The position numbers and the translations under genes were made by a program. Positions 19,984-28,826 of a stretch of 64,000 nt of DNA are shown piece after piece. The DNA is taken from the NCBI GenBank assembly GCA_041671565.1, contig JBAZBH010000002.1, forward strand, positions 32,000 to 95,999. The letters are read 5' to 3'. Source of the DNA: Patescibacteria group bacterium (GTDB lineage: Bacteria > Patescibacteriota > Patescibacteriia > JACRDY01). The notes below the pieces were generated by a model, which was not told where the DNA came from, did not search any database, and saw only the letters and a program-made list of their open reading frames with translations. The stretch's first letter is position 1; every line of letters begins with the position of its first letter.

Positions 19984-20108
19984 TCTTCTCCGTACTTTAT
20001 ATCAAAGGCATTCAAGAGGATAAGTAAATCTTTTGAATTAGAGGTTAAGAACTGTAGTTTTGCCTTTTGCGTTGTGGTTTTGACTTTTGACTTTTGAGAT
20101 TTGACTTT
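19925..20108. repeat. TCAAAAG family inverted element, left arm inside the lgt 3' end
   Basis: Homolog of 18298-18414. Confidence 0.85.
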
Positions 20109-20113
20109 AATTT

Positions 20114-20575
20114 ATGATTCTCGCCGAAAACAAAAAAGCCCATTTTGACTATCAAATCCTCCAAAGCTGGGAGGCGGGTTTAGTTTTGGCTGGTTATGAG
20201 GTAAAGGCGGTCCGGGCCGGGCAAATTAGCCTGAAAGAGTCTTTTGTGGTGATTAATCTGAACCCGAAAACCAAGCGGCCGGAAGCGCGCCTCTTGAATT
20301 GCCATATCAATAAATACCAAAAAGCCGGGCCCCTGCCAGGCTACGATCCGACCCGCAGTCGGCGGTTACTCTTGCACCAGAAGGAAATCAATTCAATTTA
20401 TGGCAAAATTCAGCCAAAAGGCTTGACATTATTACCTTTAAGAGTGTATACTAAGGGCACTAAAATTAAAGTTGCCATCGGCCTCGGTCGCGGCAAAAAG
20501 CAGTTTGATAAACGCGCCGCCACCAAAAAACGCGAGGTGGACCGGACTTTAAAACGAAAATTGAAAAACCAATAA
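20114..20575 (+). CDS. smpB: SsrA-binding protein
   Basis: NKKAHFDY, EAGLVLAGYEVK, LLLH, GKKQFDKR. Confidence 0.97.
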   Translation: MILAENKKAHFDYQILQSWEAGLVLAGYEVKAVRAGQISLKESFVVINLNPKTKRPEARLLNCHINKYQKAGPLPGYDPTRSRRLLLHQKEINSIYGKIQPKGLTLLPLRVYTKGTKIKVAIGLGRGKKQFDKRAATKKREVDRTLKRKLKNQ

Positions 20576-20657
20576 GCGCAGATACTCACAGATAGGCACA
20601 GATTTTCACGGATAAATTATCTGTGTAAATCTGTGCTGATCTGCGCCTATCTGTGTT
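20576..20657. repeat. CACAGAT/ATCTGTG inverted element
   Basis: cacagataggcacagat pairs with atctgtgctgatctgcgcctatctgtg. Confidence 0.85.
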
Positions 20658-20667
20658 CTTAAAATAA

Positions 20668-21068
20668 GGGGATGCCGGGTTTCGCTTGCAAGTTTACCCC
20701 ACTCTTTTGCCAGCCGAGCGCTCCCGAGCAACTCGTTAAACCGTTTGGGAAAGGACAAATGTCAACTTGTTCAACCAGGCTAAAAACGCGATCGCTTCGG
20801 CGTTCCGCGTTCCGGCCTTGGCTTCAGTCGTTGCCTAATTGCGACGGCTCATCGGTTCCCGATGTCTAATAGGGGAAAACCGGTGTTATAATTTAGACTC
20901 GGTTTAGGCGGCCGTTTGACTGCCTAATCCTAACTTGACTCAAACTCGGCTCACGGCGGATTTTGCCTGTTTCCTACCGCCGCGGCTTAAAAAACAACAA
21001 AACCGGCTAAGCTAGTAGAGTAAAGAGCGCGGTCTTGTAAGACGCGGGTTCAACTCCCGCCATCTCCA
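20668..21068 (+). ncRNA. ssrA: transfer-messenger RNA
   Basis: GGGGAUG/CAUCUCC-A acceptor stem with G3:U wobble; T-arm gcgggttcaactcccgc; follows smpB; tag frame 20761-20838 ends in VVA*. Confidence 0.93.
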
Positions 21069-21075
21069 TTTTAAA

Positions 21076-21179
21076 ACACAGATTTACACAGATACTCACA
21101 GATAGGCACAGATTTACACAGATAATTTATCCGTGGAAATCTGTGCTGATCTGTGTAAATCTGTGCTTTAATCTGTGTC
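21076..21179. repeat. CACAGAT/ATCTGTG inverted element
   Basis: Five cacagat units and matching atctgtg units; ends about 7 nt before the infC ATG. Confidence 0.88.
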
Positions 21180-21186
21180 CTAATTT

Positions 21187-21729
21187 ATGCGTAAAAGTTA
21201 TCATCGTCGGCCGGACAAGGCGATTATCCCGATTTTTTGGGCTAATGAAAAAATTCGCGCGAGCGAGGTGCGTTTGATTGACGAAAAACAGCAAATGATT
21301 GGCGTGGTCAGTATCACCGAAGCGCGCCGGTTAGCCGAGGAAGCCGGTTTAGACCTGGTGGAAGTTTCGCCCAAAGCCCAACCGCCGGTTTGCAAAATCA
21401 TGGATCTCGGCTCGTTTAAATACCAAAAAGAAAAAGAGGCCAAAGCCCAGAAGCAAAAGCAAAAAGTCGCCGAAATCAAAGGCATCCGGTTATCTTTCAA
21501 AATTGGCGACCATGACCGCGAGGTGCGCTTGCACCAGGCCCAGAAGTTTATCGCCGAGGACAACAAAGTAAAAATTGAAATAATTTTAAAAGGCCGGGAA
21601 CGGCAGTATACCGATTTGGCGCAGACGATTATCAAGGATTTTGTCCGCGATCTAGGCAAAGTTAAAGTCGAACAGCCATTTGCCAAACAACAGGGCAAAC
21701 TAAGCATGGTCGTGGCGCCGGATAAATAA
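21187..21729 (+). CDS. infC: translation initiation factor IF-3
   Basis: NEKIRASEVRLID, LDLVEVSPKAQPPVCKIMD. Confidence 0.96.
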   Translation: MRKSYHRRPDKAIIPIFWANEKIRASEVRLIDEKQQMIGVVSITEARRLAEEAGLDLVEVSPKAQPPVCKIMDLGSFKYQKEKEAKAQKQKQKVAEIKGIRLSFKIGDHDREVRLHQAQKFIAEDNKVKIEIILKGRERQYTDLAQTIIKDFVRDLGKVKVEQPFAKQQGKLSMVVAPDK

Positions 21730-21807
21730 ATTAGACCATCGGGTTAGTTATTTAATAATTTTCATTGAGGTAATTTGTGGAATTAATTTTTTTAACCACC
21801 CGGCTTG

Positions 21808-21850
21808 AAAGCGATGCGAATGCTACGAATTGCATGCGAATGCTACTAAT
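21808..21850. repeat. CGAAT family repeat, left arm only
   Basis: gaaagcgatgcgaatgctacgaattgcatgcgaatgctac; reverse complement of 789-831. Confidence 0.8.
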
Positions 21851-21885
21851 AATAAGGTAATTAAATTAAAAATAGCGATTTTATT

Positions 21886-22098
21886 ATGCCAAAACTTAAA
21901 ACCCACCAAAGCGTGGCCAAAAGAATTAAAGTTACCAAAAAAGGCAAATTGATCCAACGCCGCGGCGGCCAGGACCATTTTAATTCCCACGAACGGGGCA
22001 ATACCACCCGCAACAAGCGCCGGGATATGACCACGGACAAAACCGAGCAGGCTAACATGCGCCGGGGAATGCCTTATGCCAGCAAAAAACGCAGTTAA
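21886..22098 (+). CDS. rpmI: 50S ribosomal protein L35
   Basis: MPKLKTHQSVAKR; lies between infC and rplT. Confidence 0.95.
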   Translation: MPKLKTHQSVAKRIKVTKKGKLIQRRGGQDHFNSHERGNTTRNKRRDMTTDKTEQANMRRGMPYASKKRS

Positions 22099-22151
22099 TA
22101 AAACCTCAAAATTAGTTAATTTAGAAAATTCGACTTTAAAACAACCAATTT

Positions 22152-22499
22152 ATGCCTAGAGTAAAACGAGGCGTCCAACACGCCAAAACCCGCCGCAACC
22201 TGCTGAAGCGGGTTAAAGGCTACCAATACGGGCGGAAAAATTTACCCAAACAAGCTCATCCGGCGGTCCTCAAAGCCGGCGTTCACGCTTATGTCGGCCG
22301 GAAGAAAAAGAAACGGGACTACCGCGGTTTGTGGCAGATCCGCATCAGCGCCGCTGTCAAAGAGCAGGGGCTGAGCTACAGCAAGTTTATGGGCCTCTTG
22401 CACAAGAAAAATATTGCCCTTGACCGCAAAGTGCTCGCCCAGCTGGCGGCTGAACATCCGGCAATTTTTGCCGCGATTGTCGCCGAGGTCAAGAAATAA
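22152..22499 (+). CDS. rplT: 50S ribosomal protein L20
   Basis: MPRVKRG, KKRDYRGLWQIRI, LDRKVLA. Confidence 0.97.
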   Translation: MPRVKRGVQHAKTRRNLLKRVKGYQYGRKNLPKQAHPAVLKAGVHAYVGRKKKKRDYRGLWQIRISAAVKEQGLSYSKFMGLLHKKNIALDRKVLAQLAAEHPAIFAAIVAEVKK

Positions 22500-22516
22500 G
22501 ATTTTAACTTCAAAAT

Positions 22517-22547
22517 AAAAAAGCCCCGAGTAATCGGGGCCTTTTTT
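22517..22547 (+). terminator. intrinsic terminator after rplT
   Basis: gccccga-gtaa-tcggggc followed by a T run. Confidence 0.8.
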
Positions 22548-22582
22548 ATTCTAATAAGGCGTAGTTAACGAAGTAGATTCCC

Positions 22583-22692
22583 GTAGGGGCAATTCATGAA
22601 TTGCCCCTACCTGTCGTCAATCAAACAAACCCGTCCCGTTCAGTTGAAAACTGGTCGTACGGTCGTAGGGACAGGTCGCGACCTGTCCCTAC
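22583..22692. repeat. pair of GTAG-type REP-like palindromes
   Basis: gtaggggcaattcatgaattgcccctac (22583-22610) and gtagggacaggtcgcgacctgtccctac (22665-22692). Confidence 0.8.
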
Positions 22693-22741
22693 AAAACAAA
22701 AACCGCCGGCGATAGGCCAGCGGTGTTTTTTTATCAATTTC

Positions 22742-23332
22742 TTAAAACAGTTTTTTAAACCAGCGGCTGATTGACCTTAGCGCGCCGCCTTTTTCCGTCG
22801 ACTCCGGTTCTGTCTCTCCCGGCTCATCGGCTTTGTTTCGGGCTGATTCCATGTCGGCAATTTCTTCTTGCAGTTGATAGATGGTTTTTAAATCTCTTTT
22901 GCCCGGCTCTCGATATTTGGCCATTAAAGTATCTCGCTTGCCTTTTAATTGACCGGATCTACTTTGTTCGCCTTTGGCTGGTTGTCGGTCGAGCAGATCT
23001 TCATGAATCTCATCCAGACTGCCTCGTTTTTTAATAATATTGCTTCCATCACTCTGATTTTTTAGAACCGGTTCGTCCCAGGTTTTTTCTTGGGTTTTTA
23101 TCCTGTCAGGCAGTTCTGCCGGGGGCGTATCGGTTTCTTCTAGTTTTTTGATTTTAAGCTTTAATTCGGCCATTCTCGCCTGATTCTGTTTTCTTTTAGG
23201 TAGTTTTTCTTGGGCGGCCAGTTCTTTTTTATGGAAATTTAAACTATACCTTTCCATGGCAGTTAAAGTATTAGGGTTTTTCTTCTCGCGAGGGGTGTGA
23301 AGTTTAGGAGTTTCAAAGGCTTTGTCTATCAT
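22742..23332 (-). CDS. hypothetical highly charged protein
   Basis: 196 aa ORF with a downstream terminator-like hairpin at about 22697-22732. Confidence 0.65.
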   Translation of the reverse strand: MIDKAFETPKLHTPREKKNPNTLTAMERYSLNFHKKELAAQEKLPKRKQNQARMAELKLKIKKLEETDTPPAELPDRIKTQEKTWDEPVLKNQSDGSNIIKKRGSLDEIHEDLLDRQPAKGEQSRSGQLKGKRDTLMAKYREPGKRDLKTIYQLQEEIADMESARNKADEPGETEPESTEKGGALRSISRWFKKLF

Positions 23333-23446
23333 AGGAAATAGCGGTTAGTTTTTAGCTAATTTAATCATAAGATAAACTTGGGTTTTTTACAAGGGGTCAG
23401 TATTATAGTAATTAAAAAACACCTTTTAGATAAAGGCGTCTTTTAA

Positions 23447-23512
23447 GCGGACCCTGTCCGCCGACTCGGCGGATGATCTTCTCCGTGATCCGCCGCGGCG
23501 GATTAACCGCTA
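23447..23512 (-). pseudogene. degenerate tRNA-Asp copy disrupted by two TCCGCC..GGCGGA hairpins
   Basis: Shares gcggaccc, tgatcttctccgtga and ttaaccgcta in order with the intact tRNA at 23582-23654. Confidence 0.8.
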
Positions 23513-23581
23513 TGCCGCTAACCTTAGAATCACCATATTTTATCAATGAAAAAACATCGTACCAAGACGATGCTTTCTCAG

Positions 23582-23654
23582 CGGACCCGGCCGGATTCGA
23601 ACCGGTGATCTTCTCCGTGACAGGGAGACATGTTAACCGCTACACCACGGGTCC
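23582..23654 (-). tRNA. tRNA-Asp(GTC), CCA not encoded
   Basis: GGACCCG/CGGGTCC acceptor stem; anticodon arm tctcc-ctGTCac-ggaga; GGTTCGAATCC T-loop. Confidence 0.95.
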
Positions 23655-23757
23655 AAAATGTAAAAACTGTTGCTTATTATAGAAAAACTTAAGCTTGATG
23701 TCAACTGTTAAGACTGGTTTGTCCTCGTCGCCATTTTATTGTATAATAATCTTAATT

Positions 23758-24828
23758 ATGTCCAGAACCACTAAAATCGAAGTTTCTACCGGCTCGCTGC
23801 TTAAGGCCGTCGGCGTGGTTTTGGCTTTTTGGTTCCTTTTTTTGATTAAGGGGATTTTGGGAATTCTGTTCGTGGCGGTGGTTTTGGCGTCGGCCTTGGA
23901 TCCAATCGTGATTTGGCTGACGCGCCGCAAAATTCCGCGGCTCTTGGCAGTCATGATTATTTATATTTTAGTTTTGTCTTTGATCAGCCTGGTGATTATT
24001 TTGCTTTGGCCGGCGGTGACCACGCAGATTCAAAATTTAGCTTCCAACTTTCCGGCTTATTGGCAAAAGATTTCAGAGGGCATTTCCGCCTTGGAAAATT
24101 ACTCGGCGGAATACGGCGTTGCCACCACGGTGCAAAACAGCCTTAATCAAGCTGAGCAATTCTTCACCGCCAGCGGCCAGGGTGTTTTCACGGTTCTCGC
24201 TAATGTCTTCGGCGGATTAATGTCATTTTTGGTGATCATGGTGATAACTTTTTATTTGCTCTTGGAAGAAAGTTCCACCAAAAAGATTTTGCGGTTTGTC
24301 GCGCCGGCGCGGTATCAGCCTTATATCACCCGGCTGCTTTTCAAAATGCGCGATAAAATCGGCCGTTGGCTCCGCGGGCAAATTATTTTGTCGTTGATTA
24401 TCGCTTTGATTGTTTACTTGGGACTAAATATCCTTGGCATCTTTGTGCCGGTTTTTGCCAAATACGCGCTGGTGCTGGCGCTACTCGCGTTTCTATTCGA
24501 GTTTATTCCTTATCTGGGACCGATTTTGGCGGCGCTACCGGCGGTCTTTATCGGTTTGACACAGAGCCTGGTGATTGCCGGCGGCGTCTTGGGTGGCTAT
24601 ATGGTGATGCAATGGCTGGAGAATAATCTCATCGTGCCGCAGGTGATGAAGCGAGCGACTGGGCTGAATCCGATTATTGTCATTATCGCTTTGATGATTG
24701 GCGCCGAAATTGGCGGGATCGTCGGCATGGCCCTCGCTATTCCGGTAACGACCGCGTTGGTGGTAATGATTGAAGAGGTTTCCCGTGAGTTAGACCAAAA
24801 AGAGTTAACTGAAGAGGAAGTTGATTAA
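23758..24828 (+). CDS. AI-2E family transporter
   Basis: ALDPIV, WLRGQ, FIPYLGP, QWLENN, GLNP motifs; ATG 23758 follows a TATAAT. Confidence 0.92.
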   Translation: MSRTTKIEVSTGSLLKAVGVVLAFWFLFLIKGILGILFVAVVLASALDPIVIWLTRRKIPRLLAVMIIYILVLSLISLVIILLWPAVTTQIQNLASNFPAYWQKISEGISALENYSAEYGVATTVQNSLNQAEQFFTASGQGVFTVLANVFGGLMSFLVIMVITFYLLLEESSTKKILRFVAPARYQPYITRLLFKMRDKIGRWLRGQIILSLIIALIVYLGLNILGIFVPVFAKYALVLALLAFLFEFIPYLGPILAALPAVFIGLTQSLVIAGGVLGGYMVMQWLENNLIVPQVMKRATGLNPIIVIIALMIGAEIGGIVGMALAIPVTTALVVMIEEVSRELDQKELTEEEVD

Positions 24829-24830
24829 AC

Positions 24831-24940
24831 AGCTGATAAGCCGATAGGTTGATAAGTCGTTAGGTTGTTAGGTAGTTAGGTTTGCGGCCCGAAGGGCCGC
24901 CGTAACGACCTAACGACCTAACAACTTAACGACCTAACCA
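24831..24940. repeat. GTTAGGT/ACCTAAC nonamer inverted element with a GC hairpin in the loop
   Basis: gtcgttaggttgttaggtagttagg / cctaacgacctaacaacttaacgacctaac; loop gcggcccgaagggccgc. Confidence 0.85.
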
Positions 24941-24948
24941 CTAAAACC

Positions 24949-25415
24949 ATGAAAAACTTTTTTAATAGCCGGTTGGTATTTATTTTTATTTTGATTATAG
25001 CCACCGCCAGCGTGGTTTTAATTATCGCCGGCCGCAGTGATTGGCGCGGTGAAATTGGCGAACCGGTTGCTGGCGCTAAGTTGCCGGTGAAGTCAGCCCG
25101 GACAAACTGAAAACCGACTATGAACAGGCGGCTAAAGCCTTGCTTTTGCCGTATTTTAACCGGCAAAAAACCGCGCCGCTCGTTTCCGCAGGCGAGCCGG
25201 CGGCGGATTTGGCCGGGTGGCAGGAATTGGCTGACAAAACCAAAAGCCAGCTTCTGGACCTGCGCGTGCCGGAAGTTTATAAAGAGCTTCATCTGCAATT
25301 GGTTTTGGATTTTGACCAATTGGGCAGAGCGGCTACCGCCGAAAGTGAAAGCATGGTTGCCCTGCAAAAGAAAATCAGTGATTTGGTAACGGCATATCCT
25401 TGGCTAAATCAATAG
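24949..25415 (+). pseudogene. membrane-anchored protein with an apparent 1-nt frameshift near 25080
   Basis: MKNFFNSRLVFIFILII... stops at 25110; an overlapping frame opens at 25080 (VAGEVSPDKLKTDYEQ...) and runs to 25415. Confidence 0.6.
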
Positions 25416-25417
25416 TT

Positions 25418-26128
25418 ATGACCAGAATTGAAACTGGCTTGCCGGCTGATAATTATGGCGGGGCGGATTTAAGGGAACCGATTAAAGCCGAAGCCCCTGC
25501 CTGGCGGCCGGAACAGAAGGCTATCCGCCACCGGTCTTTTTTTAGTTGCTTTAACTGTTTGGGCATAGCCGTTTTATTTTTTGCCGTAGTGGTCGGCGGA
25601 GCCGCTGTCGTTGCCGCCCGGACCGGCCTGGTGTCGCTGCCGGTTTTAACGGCTTTAGTTTATCAGCCGCCGGAGCCAATCCATTGGGTGAAAAATAACG
25701 CGCCGCGGCCGCTGCCGAATTTAACCGCGCCCGCTAGCCGCCTGGTTTTAGACGAGGCGAGCCTGACCAAATCTTTGCAAGGCAGTGTCCAAGAATTTAA
25801 TCTCAGCCAGGAACGATTGCAAATTCGGCTGGCGCAAGTGGCGATTGAGCCGGATAATTTGGAAATTTTTGCGCAGTTTTCCCGGCCGGCCGGCGGTTAT
25901 CTGTCGTTTGAGCTTGCCCCGCGCCTCGCCAACGGGAAGTTGATTTTTATTGTAAAAAAGATTAAACTGGGTCAACTCGGCTTGCCGCGCTGGCTGGGCG
26001 GCATCGCGCTGGAACAGCTGTTGAATAGCCAATTAGATGAGCTTTTAGCCGGTTCGCCGATGGTTTTTAAGGCCGTGGCGTTGGAAACCGGGCGATTAAT
26101 TATCGATCTTGAACCGGCGGTAAAATAA
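25418..26128 (+). CDS. membrane-anchored hypothetical protein
   Basis: ATG 25418; one TM helix, then a beta-rich domain. Confidence 0.7.
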   Translation: MTRIETGLPADNYGGADLREPIKAEAPAWRPEQKAIRHRSFFSCFNCLGIAVLFFAVVVGGAAVVAARTGLVSLPVLTALVYQPPEPIHWVKNNAPRPLPNLTAPASRLVLDEASLTKSLQGSVQEFNLSQERLQIRLAQVAIEPDNLEIFAQFSRPAGGYLSFELAPRLANGKLIFIVKKIKLGQLGLPRWLGGIALEQLLNSQLDELLAGSPMVFKAVALETGRLIIDLEPAVK

Positions 26129-26131
26129 GTT

Positions 26132-26929
26132 ATGATTAATTTAATTTACAAAAAAGCGGTGGTGTGGCTTTGCCCGATTGCCTTAATCATCCTTTGGGAA
26201 GAATGGCTTAATTTCCCGCGGGCGGTTTTAGAAGTTGGCCTCTGCAGCTTTTTAATTCTCGGCGGCGCGGTCTGGTATCTGACCTGGCGGCCGGTGGCGG
26301 TGCGGGAATTGCAAACTAACTGGCATCGGCAAGAATTTTGGCGCTTTGCCATTACTCCCGGGTTTTTTCTTTTGTCGGTCTATTTGTTTTTGCTGATTAT
26401 TGAGAATCGGGCGGCCGAGCACTTCTTAATTTTGGGCGCCAATTTGATCTTGTGGTTGATTTTACAAAATCTTTTTGACCGGTTTTACCGCAGTAACAAC
26501 TATCCGGCCAGCTCATTTGAAACCATCAGCGGGAATGTCAATAGCCTGTCGCTGTTTTTTTTGGTAACGGTGTGGTATAGTTTTTCCACCTTTTTGGATT
26601 TGCCGGTTTGGCAGTTGGCGTTGATGTTGGTCTTAACGGTGGTATTTTTGACTTATCAGATTATGTGGATTTCCGGCCTGACTTTTAAGGCCAGCTGGTT
26701 TTACCTGGTGATTATTGTCCTGATTGCCGTCGAGTTTTTTTGGGTGATGCTGTTTTTACCCAATACTTTCTATGTCAAAGCGATGGCGCTGACCGTAGCG
26801 TATTATCTTGCCAGCAACTTGTCCCGCAACCATTTACTCGGCCTTTTGACCCCCAAAATGGTTTGGCGCTATTTGGCGGTGGGCGGGGGGGTGTTGGTGG
26901 TGGTTTTGGTGACGGCGCAATGGCTGTGA
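26132..26929 (+). CDS. multi-TM membrane protein
   Basis: About 8-9 hydrophobic segments. Confidence 0.75.
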   Translation: MINLIYKKAVVWLCPIALIILWEEWLNFPRAVLEVGLCSFLILGGAVWYLTWRPVAVRELQTNWHRQEFWRFAITPGFFLLSVYLFLLIIENRAAEHFLILGANLILWLILQNLFDRFYRSNNYPASSFETISGNVNSLSLFFLVTVWYSFSTFLDLPVWQLALMLVLTVVFLTYQIMWISGLTFKASWFYLVIIVLIAVEFFWVMLFLPNTFYVKAMALTVAYYLASNLSRNHLLGLLTPKMVWRYLAVGGGVLVVVLVTAQWL

Positions 26930-26934
26930 GGCAG

Positions 26935-27171
26935 GATTTAAGATTTGGGATTTAATAGGATTTAAAGAAATTCGGCAATTCAAGTTTAAACCTTTAATTA
27001 TCGTTTAAAGTTCAAAACCCTAAGTTCAAGGTTCAAATCAAGTTCAAAGATCAAAAGGTGCCAGAGTTTTAGTCTTTGAACTTGATTTGAACTTTGCACT
27101 TTGAACTTTGGATTTTTAACCAAGTTATACCGCTAAGATGCTAATTTACAGGCATTCTTAAATCCTAAATC
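26935..27171. repeat. nested GATTTAA/AAAGTTC inverted element
   Basis: Same architecture as 12438 and 29686. Confidence 0.88.
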
Positions 27172-27180
27172 TATTGAATT

Positions 27181-28437
27181 ATGTTTAATAAAATAGTCAA
27201 AAAACTATTCCCCGGCGAACGGCCGACTTGGCAACTTTGGGCGCTGATCGTGGTTCTGGTGTCGGTTTTTGGCTTGCTCGCGGGCTTGGGCGGTCAAATG
27301 CTCGGTAATCAGATTTTATGGCGTTATTCGGCGGGTAACCAGCAACTGGTGGAGTTAAATAACAGTTTTTATGAACTCCTGTCCAAGTATAATTTTTTGG
27401 GCACTGCCGATCAACCGGGAGCCTGGGAGTTGGTCATCCGCCGGCCGGAGTCCGCGGCCGGTTTGACGGCCGTGAACCAAGTGGAAGCCGGGGCATTGCA
27501 AAGCAGTTTAAAGCAGGGGACAGTTACTTTTTTCAATAAAGCCAAGGTGGCCAGCCGCGATCCGCTCGCGGCGGTTTATCGGCCGAGCGAGGCGCTGGGG
27601 CGCGGGTTCATCTTGACGACCGATGGTTGGCTAGTGACCACCAGTCAAGTTTTGTCGGGGTCGTTGCAATCTCAAGTGGCGGTGGGCGCCGATGGTGTCG
27701 CCTATAAATTGGAAAAAATTATTCGCGATCCGCTGACTTCGGCGGTGTTGGTCAAAATTGCGGCGAATAATTTGCCGCTCCTTAATCTAGGTGAAGAAAA
27801 ATTGTCGCCGATTGGCGGCGCGCTGGTAGCTCTCACTGCCGACGGCGGCGTGAAAGTGGCGACTATTGAAAATAATGATTATCGTCCAGCCAATAAAAGT
27901 TTGAGCGATTTGGCGGTTTCCTCAGAAAGCTTAAGCGAGTATTATCTTGCCGGTAGCGCCTGGGATAATGTTCTGCCTGGCGAGCCGACGGTTGATCAGA
28001 ATGGGCGAGTCAACGGCTTAACGGCAACGGTTGCCGGCCGGCAGATGATTTTGCCTTTATTCAATTTTCAAAAGCAAATCAGTCAAGCTTTGAAGCAGGG
28101 CAAATTTGTGCGAGCCAAACTGGGAGTCGATTACTTAAACCTGGCGCAGATTAATCTTGATAGTTTGGCAGTGAAAGCTTTGGCCGGGCGGCGGGCCGGA
28201 GCTTTGATCTATAGCAATTCGGCTTATGGGCGAGCTGGCGTTAAGCCCGGCAGTCCGGCGGCCGCGGCCGGCCTTTTAGTCGGTGATATAATCTTGCAGG
28301 TGGAAGGGGAAAAAGTCGGTCAGCCAAAAGATTTAAGCCAGTTGATCCAGAGTTACAACGCGGACCAGGAAATCGAGTTAACGATTGTCCGCAGTGGGGA
28401 GGAGAAGAAAGTTAAAGTGAAGTTGGGGGAACTATAA
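27181..28437 (+). CDS. HtrA/DegP-like trypsin-PDZ protein, catalytic residues degenerate
   Basis: GFILTTDGWLVT, C-terminal PDZ (GSPAAAAGLLVGDII); no GNSGG. Confidence 0.85.
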   Translation: MFNKIVKKLFPGERPTWQLWALIVVLVSVFGLLAGLGGQMLGNQILWRYSAGNQQLVELNNSFYELLSKYNFLGTADQPGAWELVIRRPESAAGLTAVNQVEAGALQSSLKQGTVTFFNKAKVASRDPLAAVYRPSEALGRGFILTTDGWLVTTSQVLSGSLQSQVAVGADGVAYKLEKIIRDPLTSAVLVKIAANNLPLLNLGEEKLSPIGGALVALTADGGVKVATIENNDYRPANKSLSDLAVSSESLSEYYLAGSAWDNVLPGEPTVDQNGRVNGLTATVAGRQMILPLFNFQKQISQALKQGKFVRAKLGVDYLNLAQINLDSLAVKALAGRRAGALIYSNSAYGRAGVKPGSPAAAAGLLVGDIILQVEGEKVGQPKDLSQLIQSYNADQEIELTIVRSGEEKKVKVKLGEL

Positions 28438-28441
28438 AATT

Positions 28442-28564
28442 AGCGGTTAGGTAGTTAGGAGGATAGGAGGTTAGGAAGAAGGTTAAATGGTTTTATGGTT
28501 TTATGGTTGAATGGCTAAATAAATCCCAACCATAAAGCCCTAAAGCCATAGAACCATAGAACCG
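28442..28564. repeat. TAGG tandem plus ATGGTT/AACCAT inverted element
   Basis: atggttttatggttttatggtt pairs with aaccataaagccctaaagccatagaaccat. Confidence 0.8.
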
Positions 28565-28665
28565 TAATTTTAGCAGTCAGAAAGATTAAAAAATTAAAAG
28601 TTTAAATAGCAAAGTAGCCTCGTCCCCGGGGTTATTTTTATTATGTGAAAACCGGAGAAAAGTCG

Positions 28666-28694
28666 TTGACAGCGGGGAATAAAGGTGGTAAGGT
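28666..28694 (+). promoter_or_regulatory. sigma70-type promoter TTGACA-17-TAAGGT with TG extension
   Basis: Same design at 40979-41007 and 43226-43254. Confidence 0.65.
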
Positions 28695-28826
28695 TTTAAG
28701 TCAACTAGAGAAAAGAAAATAAGTTTTTGGAATTAGGCTGATTTTGTCTAATTTGAGCCAATTTTCTTAACAGCCTAGTTAGGCTAGTGTTATCAGGCGG
28801 CAGGGTTTAATTTATTAAAGCAATTT

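Noticed and set aside
20672-20869. 65-aa ORF after smpB
   Set aside because: It lies inside the tmRNA gene.
23447-23512. tRNA fragment as an att site of an integrated element
   Set aside because: It lies only about 70 nt from the intact tRNA, with no cargo or integrase, and is altered internally rather than simply truncated.
23473-23682. 69-aa ORF with a repeated IFSV motif
   Set aside because: It is the antisense translation of the tRNA-Asp and its degenerate copy.
28796-28803. ops/JUMPstart-like GGCGGCAG upstream of wzz
   Set aside because: One mismatch to the short ops core and no convincing JUMPstart context.
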